Below are positions 30,012 through 39,478 of a stretch of DNA of 64,000 bases, one piece after another. The translations under genes were made by a program, and so were the position numbers. Source of the stretch: an uncultured virus (IMG/VR IMGVR_UViG_3300020577_004566) (taxonomy: Duplodnaviria; Heunggongvirae; Uroviricota; Caudoviricetes). Within the stretch, counting starts at the first letter, position 1. Each line of letters opens with the position of its first letter. The notes beneath the pieces were generated by a model. The model ran no database searches. It was given only the letters and a program-made list of their open reading frames with translations, and was not told where the DNA came from. The stretch lies in IMG/VR virus record IMGVR_UViG_3300020577_004566. The stretch is one strand, 5' to 3'.

Positions 30012-30497
30012 TTACCCCGCTTTGACAGGCTCAGGCAGTCCTGCAGGAGATTCAGCCTTTGCAGATGGTTCAGATGCTCCAGAGCCTCCCACAGCTCCTT
30101 GCGTGCCCCCTTGGGCATCGGCTCCTTGCTTGTCTGTAGCCCCAGCGTGAACGGCCTGCGATCCTGCCCGCTTGAAGATTCCGGCATAGCGGCCACGGTC
30201 TGCTCTAGTGTGGGATTCATGTTCTGCAAACGCTTTCTTCCAGGCTTCGGTATCTTTGCACAGTGGGCAATTGACAAACTGCGCATCGCCCGTGCCGTGA
30301 TGATGGGCACCCTCATACAACTTGCCCGCATGTTTGCTCATGTCAAGATCGCAAGCAAAATCCTGCTTGCCGCCAGAAGCGCGAACCGGAACGACAGCAC
30401 CGAACTTCTTGTTGATTTCGACGCCGTCAGATTGAGCAATAACAGGCTCCGCATCGCCTTGGCAAACGACAAAATGTATGAGCGTTTCGGCTTCCAT
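30012..30497 (-). CDS. Hypothetical protein in the neck/tail region
   Basis: ORF coupled to the upstream stop; CPLC motif. Confidence 0.55.
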   Translation of the reverse strand: MEAETLIHFVVCQGDAEPVIAQSDGVEINKKFGAVVPVRASGGKQDFACDLDMSKHAGKLYEGAHHHGTGDAQFVNCPLCKDTEAWKKAFAEHESHTRADRGRYAGIFKRAGSQAVHAGATDKQGADAQGGTQGAVGGSGASEPSAKAESPAGLPEPVKAG

Positions 30498-31069
30498 TAC
30501 GCGATATCTCCCTTGGCCTGCCGCTGCAGGGCATTGACGAGATGGATCGTACCAGAGAAGGCATTTTTTTGCAAACTAGGCTTTGCGCTTATTGCTTTGA
30601 GCCAAGCCGGGTCTCTGGTCTGCCGGACTGGCATCGGGTCTTGGACGATAAACGGCTCAATCAGTCCGTTAGTAAGTGGATTGTCTGCCGAGAATGCCGC
30701 GTTGATCAAAGCCATGATTTCATAGTCACGATTCATGAGTCGTGCAGACGCAGTGCGCATCAAGTTCTTGCCCAAAAGCATCGGATCATCAATACGGCTA
30801 TCAGGAGCGTACGCTGATCGGACTGTAATGGTGATGCACGCGCTCCATCGCTCATTGACATAGGGCTGTCCAGATATTCTAACTTCGTTTCGCCCGTCGA
30901 TCTTGTGAATAGCGCAATACCACTGGCCTGCCATCGCTGGCGGATCACCCTCCTCGAATCGCTCATAGATGTAGTCTTTGACAGACGCTGCTGGATAAAA
31001 TGCCACCAGCGCCGCCTGCATTTCAGAGACTAACGTATTCTTGATAGCATCGATCATTGTGATAGCCAT
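30497..31069 (-). CDS. Probable tail terminator / completion protein
   Basis: Position and size. Confidence 0.45.
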   Translation of the reverse strand: MAITMIDAIKNTLVSEMQAALVAFYPAASVKDYIYERFEEGDPPAMAGQWYCAIHKIDGRNEVRISGQPYVNERWSACITITVRSAYAPDSRIDDPMLLGKNLMRTASARLMNRDYEIMALINAAFSADNPLTNGLIEPFIVQDPMPVRQTRDPAWLKAISAKPSLQKNAFSGTIHLVNALQRQAKGDIA

Positions 31070-32073
31070 TACGCAGCCACTCCGTAATCTGGAATCGGCA
31101 CCCATCCAGGAGGCATGGGTACTTCAAAGTATGGAACGAAAGTTGGCTTCTCAGGAGGCTTGCCAGTCTTCTGCCACTCAATTGCTTCCGGCACACCGGC
31201 ACGAGCAGCCTGCGCTACGGTCATATAAGAATCATGGCACCGGCAGTTGTAATGCCGTGGCGTTCTGTTGTGGAGATACGCCGGATCATCCTTGCGGTAT
31301 ATACTGCCCCCATTGACACCGCCCCGGCTCATCATCTTACATGCGACCGTTCGCCGAACATCATTGATCGTATACACCTTGACGTAAGGGAATAGCCCTG
31401 TGAGATTCGGATTGTTTACCGTCTTGGCAGCACCCTCAGCCCACATGCGCGACGACGCAACGCGATAGACCAGCTCAGCCCGTGCTGGCCCCAAGGCAGA
31501 CTTATCAAACTCTTTCTTGACAGCGCCATACCACTGGATTCGACTGGCCCCAGTATCGGGAACAGTCGCTACCGATTGCCTGATTTTCTCCAGGGCCTTC
31601 TGACTGTTGACGCCAGTGACAGTCCAGGCTCTGGCTCTCTGGCCATCGGCAAGTTGATCAAAATCGTCGCGCTGCAAGACGTTCCATTGTTTCACTGTCT
31701 CGACAGCCTTTTCAGCCACCGGACGCCATACTTTTGTTTCGGACGGAAATGATATACCGTCCCACAATCCGACGCGGGGTCTGCGCTCAAGTTCTTTATA
31801 GTAATCGCCTCGCCAGCTCCTGACGAGCGGAAGATTCTTGATAGTCAGATTGCCCAGCGGCTCAGCAGCTCCATTGATGAATGAAGCCATCTCCAGGTCT
31901 GCCAGCAGAGACGCGAACTCTTCATCGAATCCACTCTTAACCTCATCGGCAAACAGCTCCATCAAGTCAGGAGCGTTTTCGCCGTGGCGCAGCACGGAAT
32001 TGAATAGACGCTCACTGGCATCGTGATAGCCAGCAAGCGCGAGTGTCACCAGTTTGTCCCAAGGAAGAATCAT
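31069..32073 (-). CDS. MuF / SPP1 gp7-like head morphogenesis protein
   Basis: FPYVKVYTINDVR...IYRKDDP......PRHYNCRC. Confidence 0.88.
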   Translation of the reverse strand: MILPWDKLVTLALAGYHDASERLFNSVLRHGENAPDLMELFADEVKSGFDEEFASLLADLEMASFINGAAEPLGNLTIKNLPLVRSWRGDYYKELERRPRVGLWDGISFPSETKVWRPVAEKAVETVKQWNVLQRDDFDQLADGQRARAWTVTGVNSQKALEKIRQSVATVPDTGASRIQWYGAVKKEFDKSALGPARAELVYRVASSRMWAEGAAKTVNNPNLTGLFPYVKVYTINDVRRTVACKMMSRGGVNGGSIYRKDDPAYLHNRTPRHYNCRCHDSYMTVAQAARAGVPEAIEWQKTGKPPEKPTFVPYFEVPMPPGWVPIPDYGVAA

Positions 32074-33920
32074 TAGTCAGCCAATGCCAGCGGCTTCTTT
32101 TCGCGCTGTTTATTCGAGAAGGTTACCGAACGAAATGTTAGCTCAAGTCCGGAAAGAGGATTGTCGGTAATAAACCGTTCACCTGTCCCCGGCTGTAAGT
32201 AGGCCAGCGTAAGGTGAGGCTTGTAGTCCGGAAAGTCGCTGGTGTAATGCAGCGACTTCAGGGCCTTGTTAAGCGCATGAAGTTCCGGGGAAATCACGTC
32301 GATCTTGAGAACGTCGTACTCGTCTTTCTTGAAGATCGACAGCGAACCAAGCTTGACCTTAATCGGCCCTGGAAACTCACCGATGATTTCGGCAGCATCG
32401 TCAGGATAGTTGTCGTGCAGCCCATAGAGAACCGTGATATGCGGCTTGTCCTCGACTCCTTTTTCAGCTAGATATTCGTTAGGTATACGTGTCGTGAGAC
32501 GTCTAACCAGCTCAGCCATTGGCGCATCCAAGTCTAACTGAGTGGAACTATACTCTTTCTTGCGCTTCATGCGCTCAGCCACTTTGTTCATCGCAATGCT
32601 GAATCGAGTTCCCTGCCCTTGCTGATCCTGGATTCCGCCTGACTGCGCTGGCTTATCCATTCCAATTTGCTTTTGTCCAGGGCGACCCTCACGCCCCATC
32701 ATGCCGTCGCTGGCGTCTTGACGACCGCCGTTATCGTCATTCTCATCGCCCGGCCTGTCTCCTGCAATTACTTGGGCAGTCACTTCGCAATCAGCGCCAT
32801 AGCGCTGGCGACATAGCGGGGCTACGATGTAATCAGTGACTGACGGAAGAATCGTCATGGCCCGCGTTTCACCGCGAGAATAGAACGCATCGATAGATAT
32901 CAACGAACGGCTGTATCCGCCCGTATTGCCGTCGTGAGTGAGAATCTCATCAGGGATTCCCATGCCGCGCAGAATCCCTCGATCCAGATAATCCAGTGGT
33001 ATCTGTAGGTCTGCCAATCGCACCAAGTTCTTGGCGTATTCGACGATTTTCCAGCCCGGCTGACCTTCTATTCCGGCTGGCAATCTAATGTTGCTTCCTG
33101 TCTTGACCACTTGACAGAGCAAGTCAGCATACGCCTCACTGGTGACCACCGATCCATCTTCCGCAACAACAGACGTGTTGGCAGGATACTCCAGGAGTAG
33201 TCCTGAAAAGCTAGCCTTATACGATGCCTTCAGAAGATTTTCCAAGACGCCGTCTGGCATCGTCTTAGCCTTCCATCGCATGTGAGACGCACGGAGAACA
33301 CTTCTGCCGTACCATCTGGACGCAAGCGGATCATTGGCTAGCCACAGCGCCTTGGACGGCCTATAGACTCCAGGGCCTTCCAGGATCGCCTTTCCTTCAA
33401 TACTCTCCGGGTTATCCAGGAAGAAACTGCCAAAGCCACGACCAACATCGACAGCAGCAAAGCTCAGCTTGTCATTGTTAGTCCAAGGAACGCTGCCCAG
33501 TGGTGGAGCAATTTCAAAGTCAGAGAAATCCCAGAAACGACTGTCGTGCTGATCCTTTTTGTAGAGCGGTTCATAACAGCACCAGCCATAACCAAGATAG
33601 AGGTTTAACTTTGGGATCAGACTGTTCCAGACACGCATGTAAAGATCACACGCAAACGCATACGCTTCCGGCTTACTTGTCTTGACGATGATCGGCGCTT
33701 TGGCAATAGGTATCTTAAGATACTCCATGCCAAGGCTCACCTGATCGTCATCGAGCATCGGGACAACGTCGGCATTGATAAACGTTGTCTGTGTCCCGAA
33801 AGTGGAGAGCATGCCAAGGCCACTGAAGTTGTTGCGCTTGAGCCTTGTTTCGCCCAACGGTTTGATTCGCGCAATGCTGCGTTTCGGCCCGGCTTCGGTC
33901 TTGCCGCGAGTTCGTGTCAT
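32073..33920 (-). CDS. Portal protein (Mu gp29-like) with a C-terminal 2H phosphoesterase domain
   Basis: YGWCCYEPLY and WYGRSVLR portal-like motifs; C-terminal PHITVLYG and PHLTLAY (two HxT motifs). Confidence 0.8.
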   Translation of the reverse strand: MTRTRGKTEAGPKRSIARIKPLGETRLKRNNFSGLGMLSTFGTQTTFINADVVPMLDDDQVSLGMEYLKIPIAKAPIIVKTSKPEAYAFACDLYMRVWNSLIPKLNLYLGYGWCCYEPLYKKDQHDSRFWDFSDFEIAPPLGSVPWTNNDKLSFAAVDVGRGFGSFFLDNPESIEGKAILEGPGVYRPSKALWLANDPLASRWYGRSVLRASHMRWKAKTMPDGVLENLLKASYKASFSGLLLEYPANTSVVAEDGSVVTSEAYADLLCQVVKTGSNIRLPAGIEGQPGWKIVEYAKNLVRLADLQIPLDYLDRGILRGMGIPDEILTHDGNTGGYSRSLISIDAFYSRGETRAMTILPSVTDYIVAPLCRQRYGADCEVTAQVIAGDRPGDENDDNGGRQDASDGMMGREGRPGQKQIGMDKPAQSGGIQDQQGQGTRFSIAMNKVAERMKRKKEYSSTQLDLDAPMAELVRRLTTRIPNEYLAEKGVEDKPHITVLYGLHDNYPDDAAEIIGEFPGPIKVKLGSLSIFKKDEYDVLKIDVISPELHALNKALKSLHYTSDFPDYKPHLTLAYLQPGTGERFITDNPLSGLELTFRSVTFSNKQREKKPLALAD

Positions 33921-34759
33921 CTTGCACCGCTCCCCAAAAACTTGATCATCCAATCAGGACTGCCAAGTATCTGCCTCAGCATATTGATCGCGTCATCGTA
34001 CCAGAATTGAGGAATTATGTCAGGCAGAAATGCACGCCTTGGAAGGATTGGCGTACCATCAGCTTTGAGTTTTCTTGGCTCTGGAGACTGATGGTATTTT
34101 GCGTAGTCCTTTTTCGTGCCAACATCTACCCATCCAGGGCCTATCTCAAATAACTGATCAATGGCCCCAATATAAGGCTCAAGAGAACGGAATAAGTCAC
34201 CGGTATCACGAAGAATAAGCGCGGACGCAGAAGTAAACGCAAGCGCCTTGATCCTCTTTGGATTCATTTTTTTGGTGCCTATATCCTCTAATTCTTTCTT
34301 GGTTTTGTTGTAGCGCGTCTTTGATATGTACGGCTTGATTTTCTCAAGCAACTTCAGGGCACGTCTACGCGCAGTGCTATTGCCGCCACTTTCATAAAAC
34401 GCCTTCATCTTCTTGGTTTGGGCAAGAAAGAGGCGACGCCGCGAAGCAGACAAGGTGCCACTATCATTGGCTATGTCATTAACGATTTTCTCAACAGCCT
34501 TGACGCCGGTAATCTTCGTTCTTAAAGCCAGCGTGACAACGCTCAAATGCTGCCATACCGTACCGTCGTCGCCCGTACCGCCTTGGGACAACTTGTCAAA
34601 ATGTTCGTGAATGTTATGTAAAGTAACTAAACCGACCGCAACAAGAGCGTCTTTAATAGCTCCTGATGGATCAGAGATTTCGCCGGAAAGATAACGGCCA
34701 AGGTTCATTAACTTGGCCATGACCTCTTCGGGGTCACCAGAATAATGCACGTCTTGCAT
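33917..34759 (-). CDS. Virion morphogenesis protein (Mu gpG / P2 gpS-like)
   Basis: GTVWQHLS..T; ILRDTGDL; VGT...YAKYHQ; LPRRAFLP. Confidence 0.82.
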   Translation of the reverse strand: MQDVHYSGDPEEVMAKLMNLGRYLSGEISDPSGAIKDALVAVGLVTLHNIHEHFDKLSQGGTGDDGTVWQHLSVVTLALRTKITGVKAVEKIVNDIANDSGTLSASRRRLFLAQTKKMKAFYESGGNSTARRRALKLLEKIKPYISKTRYNKTKKELEDIGTKKMNPKRIKALAFTSASALILRDTGDLFRSLEPYIGAIDQLFEIGPGWVDVGTKKDYAKYHQSPEPRKLKADGTPILPRRAFLPDIIPQFWYDDAINMLRQILGSPDWMIKFLGSGAR

Positions 34760-34786
34760 TCAATTAGCCTCCGTAGAGGCTCTGCG

Positions 34787-35311
34787 CTAGAGGCCAGCTA
34801 CCGCTTGATCGTAGAAATCGACGCCAAAAGGACGCCTTCCAACCGGAACTGTCGATTGATTGGTCTGCAGGCGAGACGGATTGGGATAGCGAACATCATG
34901 ACGCTGATTGATGATGCCCGGCCTTGCAGGCGACCTTTCAGGGGTACCAGCGATATCAGCTTTGGCCTCTCTTACCTTTTCGTACCACTCAAGAACCTCG
35001 TCAGCCCATAGCTTCAAAGTCTCTGAGACAGGGTCAGTCCTGTGACGTCTAGTGCGTAGTGCCGCACGAACTGCAACAGCCTCACGAATAGCTGAACTAT
35101 TGGTCATGTAATTTGGATCGTAGCGCCGGAATAGGTAGGAGTTGCATTCGGCGGTAGCAAACTCGATACAGTCGGCCAGATAGGTTGATTCTGGCGGAGA
35201 AGAGATTGAGCCACTGCGATCATCGTCAAGACCAAGCTGCAGACCGATCACGCTCAAGACGTACTCGATATCAGTCTGGCTACACAGCATGACCGCAGCA
35301 TCGACGCTCAT
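34787..35311 (-). CDS. Head-tail adaptor (Mu gp36-like)
   Basis: IEFATAECNSYLFRRY; LEWYEKVREAKADI. Confidence 0.7.
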   Translation of the reverse strand: MSVDAAVMLCSQTDIEYVLSVIGLQLGLDDDRSGSISSPPESTYLADCIEFATAECNSYLFRRYDPNYMTNSSAIREAVAVRAALRTRRHRTDPVSETLKLWADEVLEWYEKVREAKADIAGTPERSPARPGIINQRHDVRYPNPSRLQTNQSTVPVGRRPFGVDFYDQAVAGL

Positions 35312-35673
35312 ATCTTACCATGCTCTTTCGCCCACGTATCGTAGGCTTCCGGGAATGTCCAACAATGAAGCTTTGGAACCTCACTGTATTCTGACGTTGT
35401 GCTGAACGAAGGGAAGCGCCGCTGCATATACCAGATTGCCCACTGATTGTTCATGGGCATTTTCTCTGACAGCTCTCCGGGCCAAGCCTGAAGCCCTTCA
35501 CCCCTTCCCTCGCCTGACCAATACAAAATCTTCGTACCGGGCCTCAGCAAGGCTCCATTTGGCCCGTGCGTTTTGCCGATACGAAGATCAAGTTTACTTA
35601 CCGTTCCCATAGCCTTTTTTAAGGCAGCAGCCTTGCTCATGACCTGCTCCGCAAGAGTGAAAACCATGAGCAA
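35308..35673 (-). CDS. Hypothetical protein
   Basis: ORF between the capsid and adaptor genes. Confidence 0.55.
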   Translation of the reverse strand: MLMVFTLAEQVMSKAAALKKAMGTVSKLDLRIGKTHGPNGALLRPGTKILYWSGEGRGEGLQAWPGELSEKMPMNNQWAIWYMQRRFPSFSTTSEYSEVPKLHCWTFPEAYDTWAKEHGKI

Positions 35674-35686
35674 GATTGTAGGGCTA

Positions 35687-36766
35687 TTAGGTCACCGTTG
35701 CAATATAAATCGCCCGGCCATTCTTGGCCCAAGGAAGGAAGGTATCGCCGTAGCTCACCTTGATTCCAGGGTCAGCAGTCAGAATGCCGTAGGCAAACAT
35801 GCCAGCGACTTCCTCCAGGTTATCGAGCATGCGATTGGGATCAGTCTCGATTCCAACGCGCTTGGGCACTGGGTAAGTGCCCTCCATCATATCATACCAG
35901 CTATCCAGCTTCGGAGTGAAGGCTACGATATTGTCATTCGAGAATGTGACGGCAGTACCATCATTCTTCTCATACTGGACGCCGATAACTGGATTCCAGT
36001 TGAGTTGCAACATCTTCTTGGGAATCTGGCCACTCAGCAGATACTCTGCGTTCATGGACTCGTGACGCCACAGGAAGTTCTGCAGGCTGGTGTTATTCAC
36101 GAGCATGCCCGGAACATTGATACCATAGTAAGTATCTTCCAGCTCGAACCCTGTGGCCTGACGGGCCAGCGCCAGCAAGCCAAGAATCTGGCCAGCGATG
36201 TTGGTTGAGCTTGTATTCCAGCCGGTAACCGTACCGCCGATAGTGCTGAGGTTGCCCGAAGGAACCTGCCAGCCAACGGTATCGACTGCACCTGACGAGC
36301 TTCCCAGCAAGATACCGTCACCGTCGAAGTACGCAGCGCCGAACGTCATAAAAGACGTCAGGGCACCGATACGCAGATTCATCAACTCAACCTTGGCATC
36401 GTCAATCTGACGGGCCAGCTCCTGCTCACCGCGCTGGCGAGTGTAGCTGTCAGGAGAGCGTAGTTGCATGAGGATGTAAGGATCGAATACGTCCTCTTCA
36501 CGAGTGTGCAAGAGGACAACGTCCTGAATGCCACCCTTGGACTGCAGACGACGCCGGGCACTGGCCCCGAAACGGGTGTTACGGGCCAGACGACGGCTAC
36601 CGTAGTAAACGGTAGACCGTGCGACATTGCCCACAACAGGCTGGCCCTTGCGCTTGAAAAATCCGGGGTTAGCGGACAGCCAAGGGTTAGGAATCCCCGG
36701 CTTGCGTTCTTGCAGCGCTTCCGTCATGGAGACGTAGCTCAGCACATCCAAGATTGAAGCACCCAT
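35687..36766 (-). CDS. Major capsid protein (lambda gpE-like)
   Basis: 359 aa, follows the decoration gene; C-terminal DP....YGDTFLP pattern. Confidence 0.8.
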   Translation of the reverse strand: MGASILDVLSYVSMTEALQERKPGIPNPWLSANPGFFKRKGQPVVGNVARSTVYYGSRRLARNTRFGASARRRLQSKGGIQDVVLLHTREEDVFDPYILMQLRSPDSYTRQRGEQELARQIDDAKVELMNLRIGALTSFMTFGAAYFDGDGILLGSSSGAVDTVGWQVPSGNLSTIGGTVTGWNTSSTNIAGQILGLLALARQATGFELEDTYYGINVPGMLVNNTSLQNFLWRHESMNAEYLLSGQIPKKMLQLNWNPVIGVQYEKNDGTAVTFSNDNIVAFTPKLDSWYDMMEGTYPVPKRVGIETDPNRMLDNLEEVAGMFAYGILTADPGIKVSYGDTFLPWAKNGRAIYIATVT

Positions 36767-36820
36767 ATCACAAGCCCCCGAAAATTACCAAGATTACTGT
36801 TGATGAACCAAGCCAAGCTG

Positions 36821-37522
36821 TTAGTAAGGATGGCTGAAAGTGAACTTGCCCTGACTGGACTTGGATAACTGATCACACAGCCATTGCTGCAGGCTGGTAT
36901 CAGAAGGCCAAGCAGGAAGTAGCTGGTCAGACTGGATTGTCCCGCCGATAGGCATGCGTTCAAAGGGAACGTCGATACCTGTGACGAGAGACTGATCGAA
37001 CACGTCAACGCCGCTTCCAGGAGGAATGAACGTGACAGGAAGGTGAGTTCCATCAGTGGCACACACGAATCCGCCAGCAATCAGATTGACGCCAAGCGAA
37101 GTCACTGTGATAGCACCCGTGCTGGTGTTGACGGCTGAATAGGCAACTGAACTGATGATTGCAACTGTACCAGCAGCCGAAGGAGGCCCAATATAGGTAA
37201 GGTTGCCAGTTGCACCGACACGCCGGACAATTTCCACCGCTTGAGCAGCCGAAACCGTAATGGTAGTGCCGCCCGAAGTGTAGGCGTTGGCACTGATGCC
37301 AAGGATCGAAGGACGGTACTTACCACCTGAAGTGGCCTTGCCCATCAAAAGACCAGCACGCAGAACCTGGAGATACCCAGTGTTGCCGCTGTCTCGTGAA
37401 TTAGCACCGTCGATAATCTTGCCACCTGGAAGGAAATACTCCCAGTTGCCAAGGAAGATGTTGCGCGGCTCCCAAGGAGTGATTGCGCGAATACCGGGCA
37501 GCCCGCGAATAGGAGTGATCAT
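36821..37522 (-). CDS. Head decoration protein
   Basis: VLRAGLLMGKATSGGKY motif; directly upstream of the capsid gene. Confidence 0.75.
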   Translation of the reverse strand: MITPIRGLPGIRAITPWEPRNIFLGNWEYFLPGGKIIDGANSRDSGNTGYLQVLRAGLLMGKATSGGKYRPSILGISANAYTSGGTTITVSAAQAVEIVRRVGATGNLTYIGPPSAAGTVAIISSVAYSAVNTSTGAITVTSLGVNLIAGGFVCATDGTHLPVTFIPPGSGVDVFDQSLVTGIDVPFERMPIGGTIQSDQLLPAWPSDTSLQQWLCDQLSKSSQGKFTFSHPY

Positions 37523-37581
37523 GCTTATAGTCCCGCAATTTCCAAGGGAAGAATTGAACCGTCAAAAGCCAGTCTTACCGG

Positions 37582-38286
37582 CTAGTAGCTTGCAAGGCGC
37601 TTTCCAGCAGCCTTTGCGGCTTCCATGTCAAAGCCATCGTCTTCGGCTGGCTTGATTGCCGGGCGAGACGCAGAGAATCGTCCGCCATTACTGAGAACGC
37701 TCTTGGATAGGCTGGCAGAGCTTGCGCGGGCCTCCTCAAGCACCTCAATGGTCAAGCACTCGTCGTGCAATAGACCGTTGCCGTCCAGGAGGACTGAGAA
37801 TCGATTCTCGCCCTTCTTGGAAAACTTGGCCTTGAAGTCTTCGTGCTTCTCTTTCGAGAGCCAGCCGTCTTCGGCAAGGCTATCAGCACGCTGTGACCAG
37901 TTGCTGGCCGTGTTGTCGGCAAGTGCACTCATTCCCGGCGTTGATTCAACGCGCTTCTGAGCAGTGATGACGCTCATTTGGTACTGCTGTTCAGGGCGCT
38001 CAGGAGTTGCATTGTCCATATTTTGGCTCACGTCTTGTGACGGCACTGTGTCAACAAGTGCCTTTTCTTCCGGGGTCATGGTGGAGAATATGGCCTGGAC
38101 AAGATTCATTTTCACGTCAGGCTCAAGTGCAGCGGCCATTGCAGCCAACTGGTCAGGCTGGAGAGCAACAAGCTTCTGAGCGATCTCAGAGCCTTCATTG
38201 TCGTCGCCTGCAGGAAACAACTCAGGCTGAGGCTTGGCGCTCAGTTCTGTATCGTCGCCCGGAGCTTGCGTGTCTGTATCTGCCAT
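37582..38286 (-). CDS. Probable scaffold protein
   Basis: Acidic and helical, upstream of the decoration and capsid genes. Confidence 0.55.
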   Translation of the reverse strand: MADTDTQAPGDDTELSAKPQPELFPAGDDNEGSEIAQKLVALQPDQLAAMAAALEPDVKMNLVQAIFSTMTPEEKALVDTVPSQDVSQNMDNATPERPEQQYQMSVITAQKRVESTPGMSALADNTASNWSQRADSLAEDGWLSKEKHEDFKAKFSKKGENRFSVLLDGNGLLHDECLTIEVLEEARASSASLSKSVLSNGGRFSASRPAIKPAEDDGFDMEAAKAAGKRLASY

Positions 38287-38357
38287 CCCATCCATCCTCA
38301 TTGATGGATGGGATTATCCTTCAAAAGACTTTTTTTGAAAAGGGCTTTTTCCATGAT

Positions 38358-38663
38358 TCATTTTGAATCATGAGACAACGGCTTTGCTCTGATATTTGCT
38401 AGAGCCTCCGTAGAGGCTTTCGTCTCTTCGTAACTGACCATATCACTTTCAATGGCGCTGCTCGATTGAGCGCCCATCATGTAACCTCTATCAAATGCTT
38501 CTTGCGCAATCTTTACTGATCCTTTGTAACATGTCCAGGCATCGTCAGTACGCATGGCTCCAACGCCCGGAAAGTATTTCGATTTCATCCACTGTATCCA
38601 CGCTCTAAAATCATCAGGCATCAGTCCTTCGGGATTCCAGGGATAGAAATACTTCCGGGTCAT
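38358..38663 (-). CDS. Hypothetical protein whose 3' end carries motif A and motif B
   Basis: 101-aa ORF coupled to the upstream stop. Confidence 0.55.
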   Translation of the reverse strand: MTRKYFYPWNPEGLMPDDFRAWIQWMKSKYFPGVGAMRTDDAWTCYKGSVKIAQEAFDRGYMMGAQSSSAIESDMVSYEETKASTEALANIRAKPLSHDSK

Positions 38664-38977
38664 CCGTGCTCCTCCTTGCGCTTCCTTGGCTTTGGCGGCT
38701 TGATCTTGGCTACAAACTTAGCAACCTTCTCGTGATGCTTGCTGATCAAACTCAGCTCAGCTCTGCTGTCGGCCTGATACGCTAGTCTAGCGTTCCACTT
38801 ATCCCAGTCAATAAAGCTTTTAATCCGCTCCCTGGCAAGGTTATGTAGGGTCTCAGGGTTGAGCGCGTCCAGCTCCCATGAGTTATCGGTATTGAACGCT
38901 TCAACGTACCACTTGGCGCGGCTGTCGCTCATCTTGGCTGGATTGGGCGGCGGTTTGTGCTGCTTGACTTGATCCAT
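38660..38977 (-). pseudogene. C-terminal remnant of a TOPRIM-like phage protein
   Basis: MDQV...PPPNPAK.SDSR...SWELDALNP resembles the end of a longer family; an in-frame stop lies 4 codons upstream of the ATG. Confidence 0.55.
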
Positions 38978-39025
38978 GCGGTATTCTCATCCATCCAGTC
39001 TGTCAGATCTGCCATTGCTGCCATT

Positions 39026-39478
39026 TTACTTTCCTTCAATTTCCATGCCTGCGTTGCCTGTCGTCAACCAGTTTGTGACAGACAGCATAACTTCTTCCTC
39101 GCTCAGGCGTGAGCGAGACTTCAAAGCACATTCCCAGATGGTGAGTATCCGCCAGCCTGATTCCTGAAGGTTACGGTATGATAGCGCATCCCTTTTCCGG
39201 TTTCCTTCTAATTTTTGTCGCCAGAAGGCTTTTCTGGTGGAAGGCCACTTGAACAGATGACATCCATGCATGTGCCAAAAACACCCGTGAATGAATATCA
39301 CCGCCTTGAATCGCGGGAATACCATATCGGGTCTGCCCGGTAGTTTGCGATCATGAAGGCGATAGCGAAAACCCTTCTGATGAAGGGCACGCCGAATTAA
39401 CATTTCAGGCTTGGTATCCTTCCCACGGATACCAGCCATCATTCGACTTCGTGTTTTGACATCAACGACGTCAGGCAA
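39026..39478 (-). CDS. vsr: Very-short-patch repair endonuclease
   Basis: RSRMMAGIRGKDTKPE, LPGRPD, FIHGCFWH, GWRILTIWEC; probable TTG start overlapping the dcm stop. Confidence 0.96.
   Translation of the reverse strand: MPDVVDVKTRSRMMAGIRGKDTKPEMLIRRALHQKGFRYRLHDRKLPGRPDMVFPRFKAVIFIHGCFWHMHGCHLFKWPSTRKAFWRQKLEGNRKRDALSYRNLQESGWRILTIWECALKSRSRLSEEEVMLSVTNWLTTGNAGMEIEGK

Noticed and set aside
29864..30497. Overlapping ORFs 30012-30497 and 29864-30331 as a frameshifted chaperone pair
   Set aside because: I found no convincing slippery heptamer; an independent internal start (MPKG) explains the second ORF.
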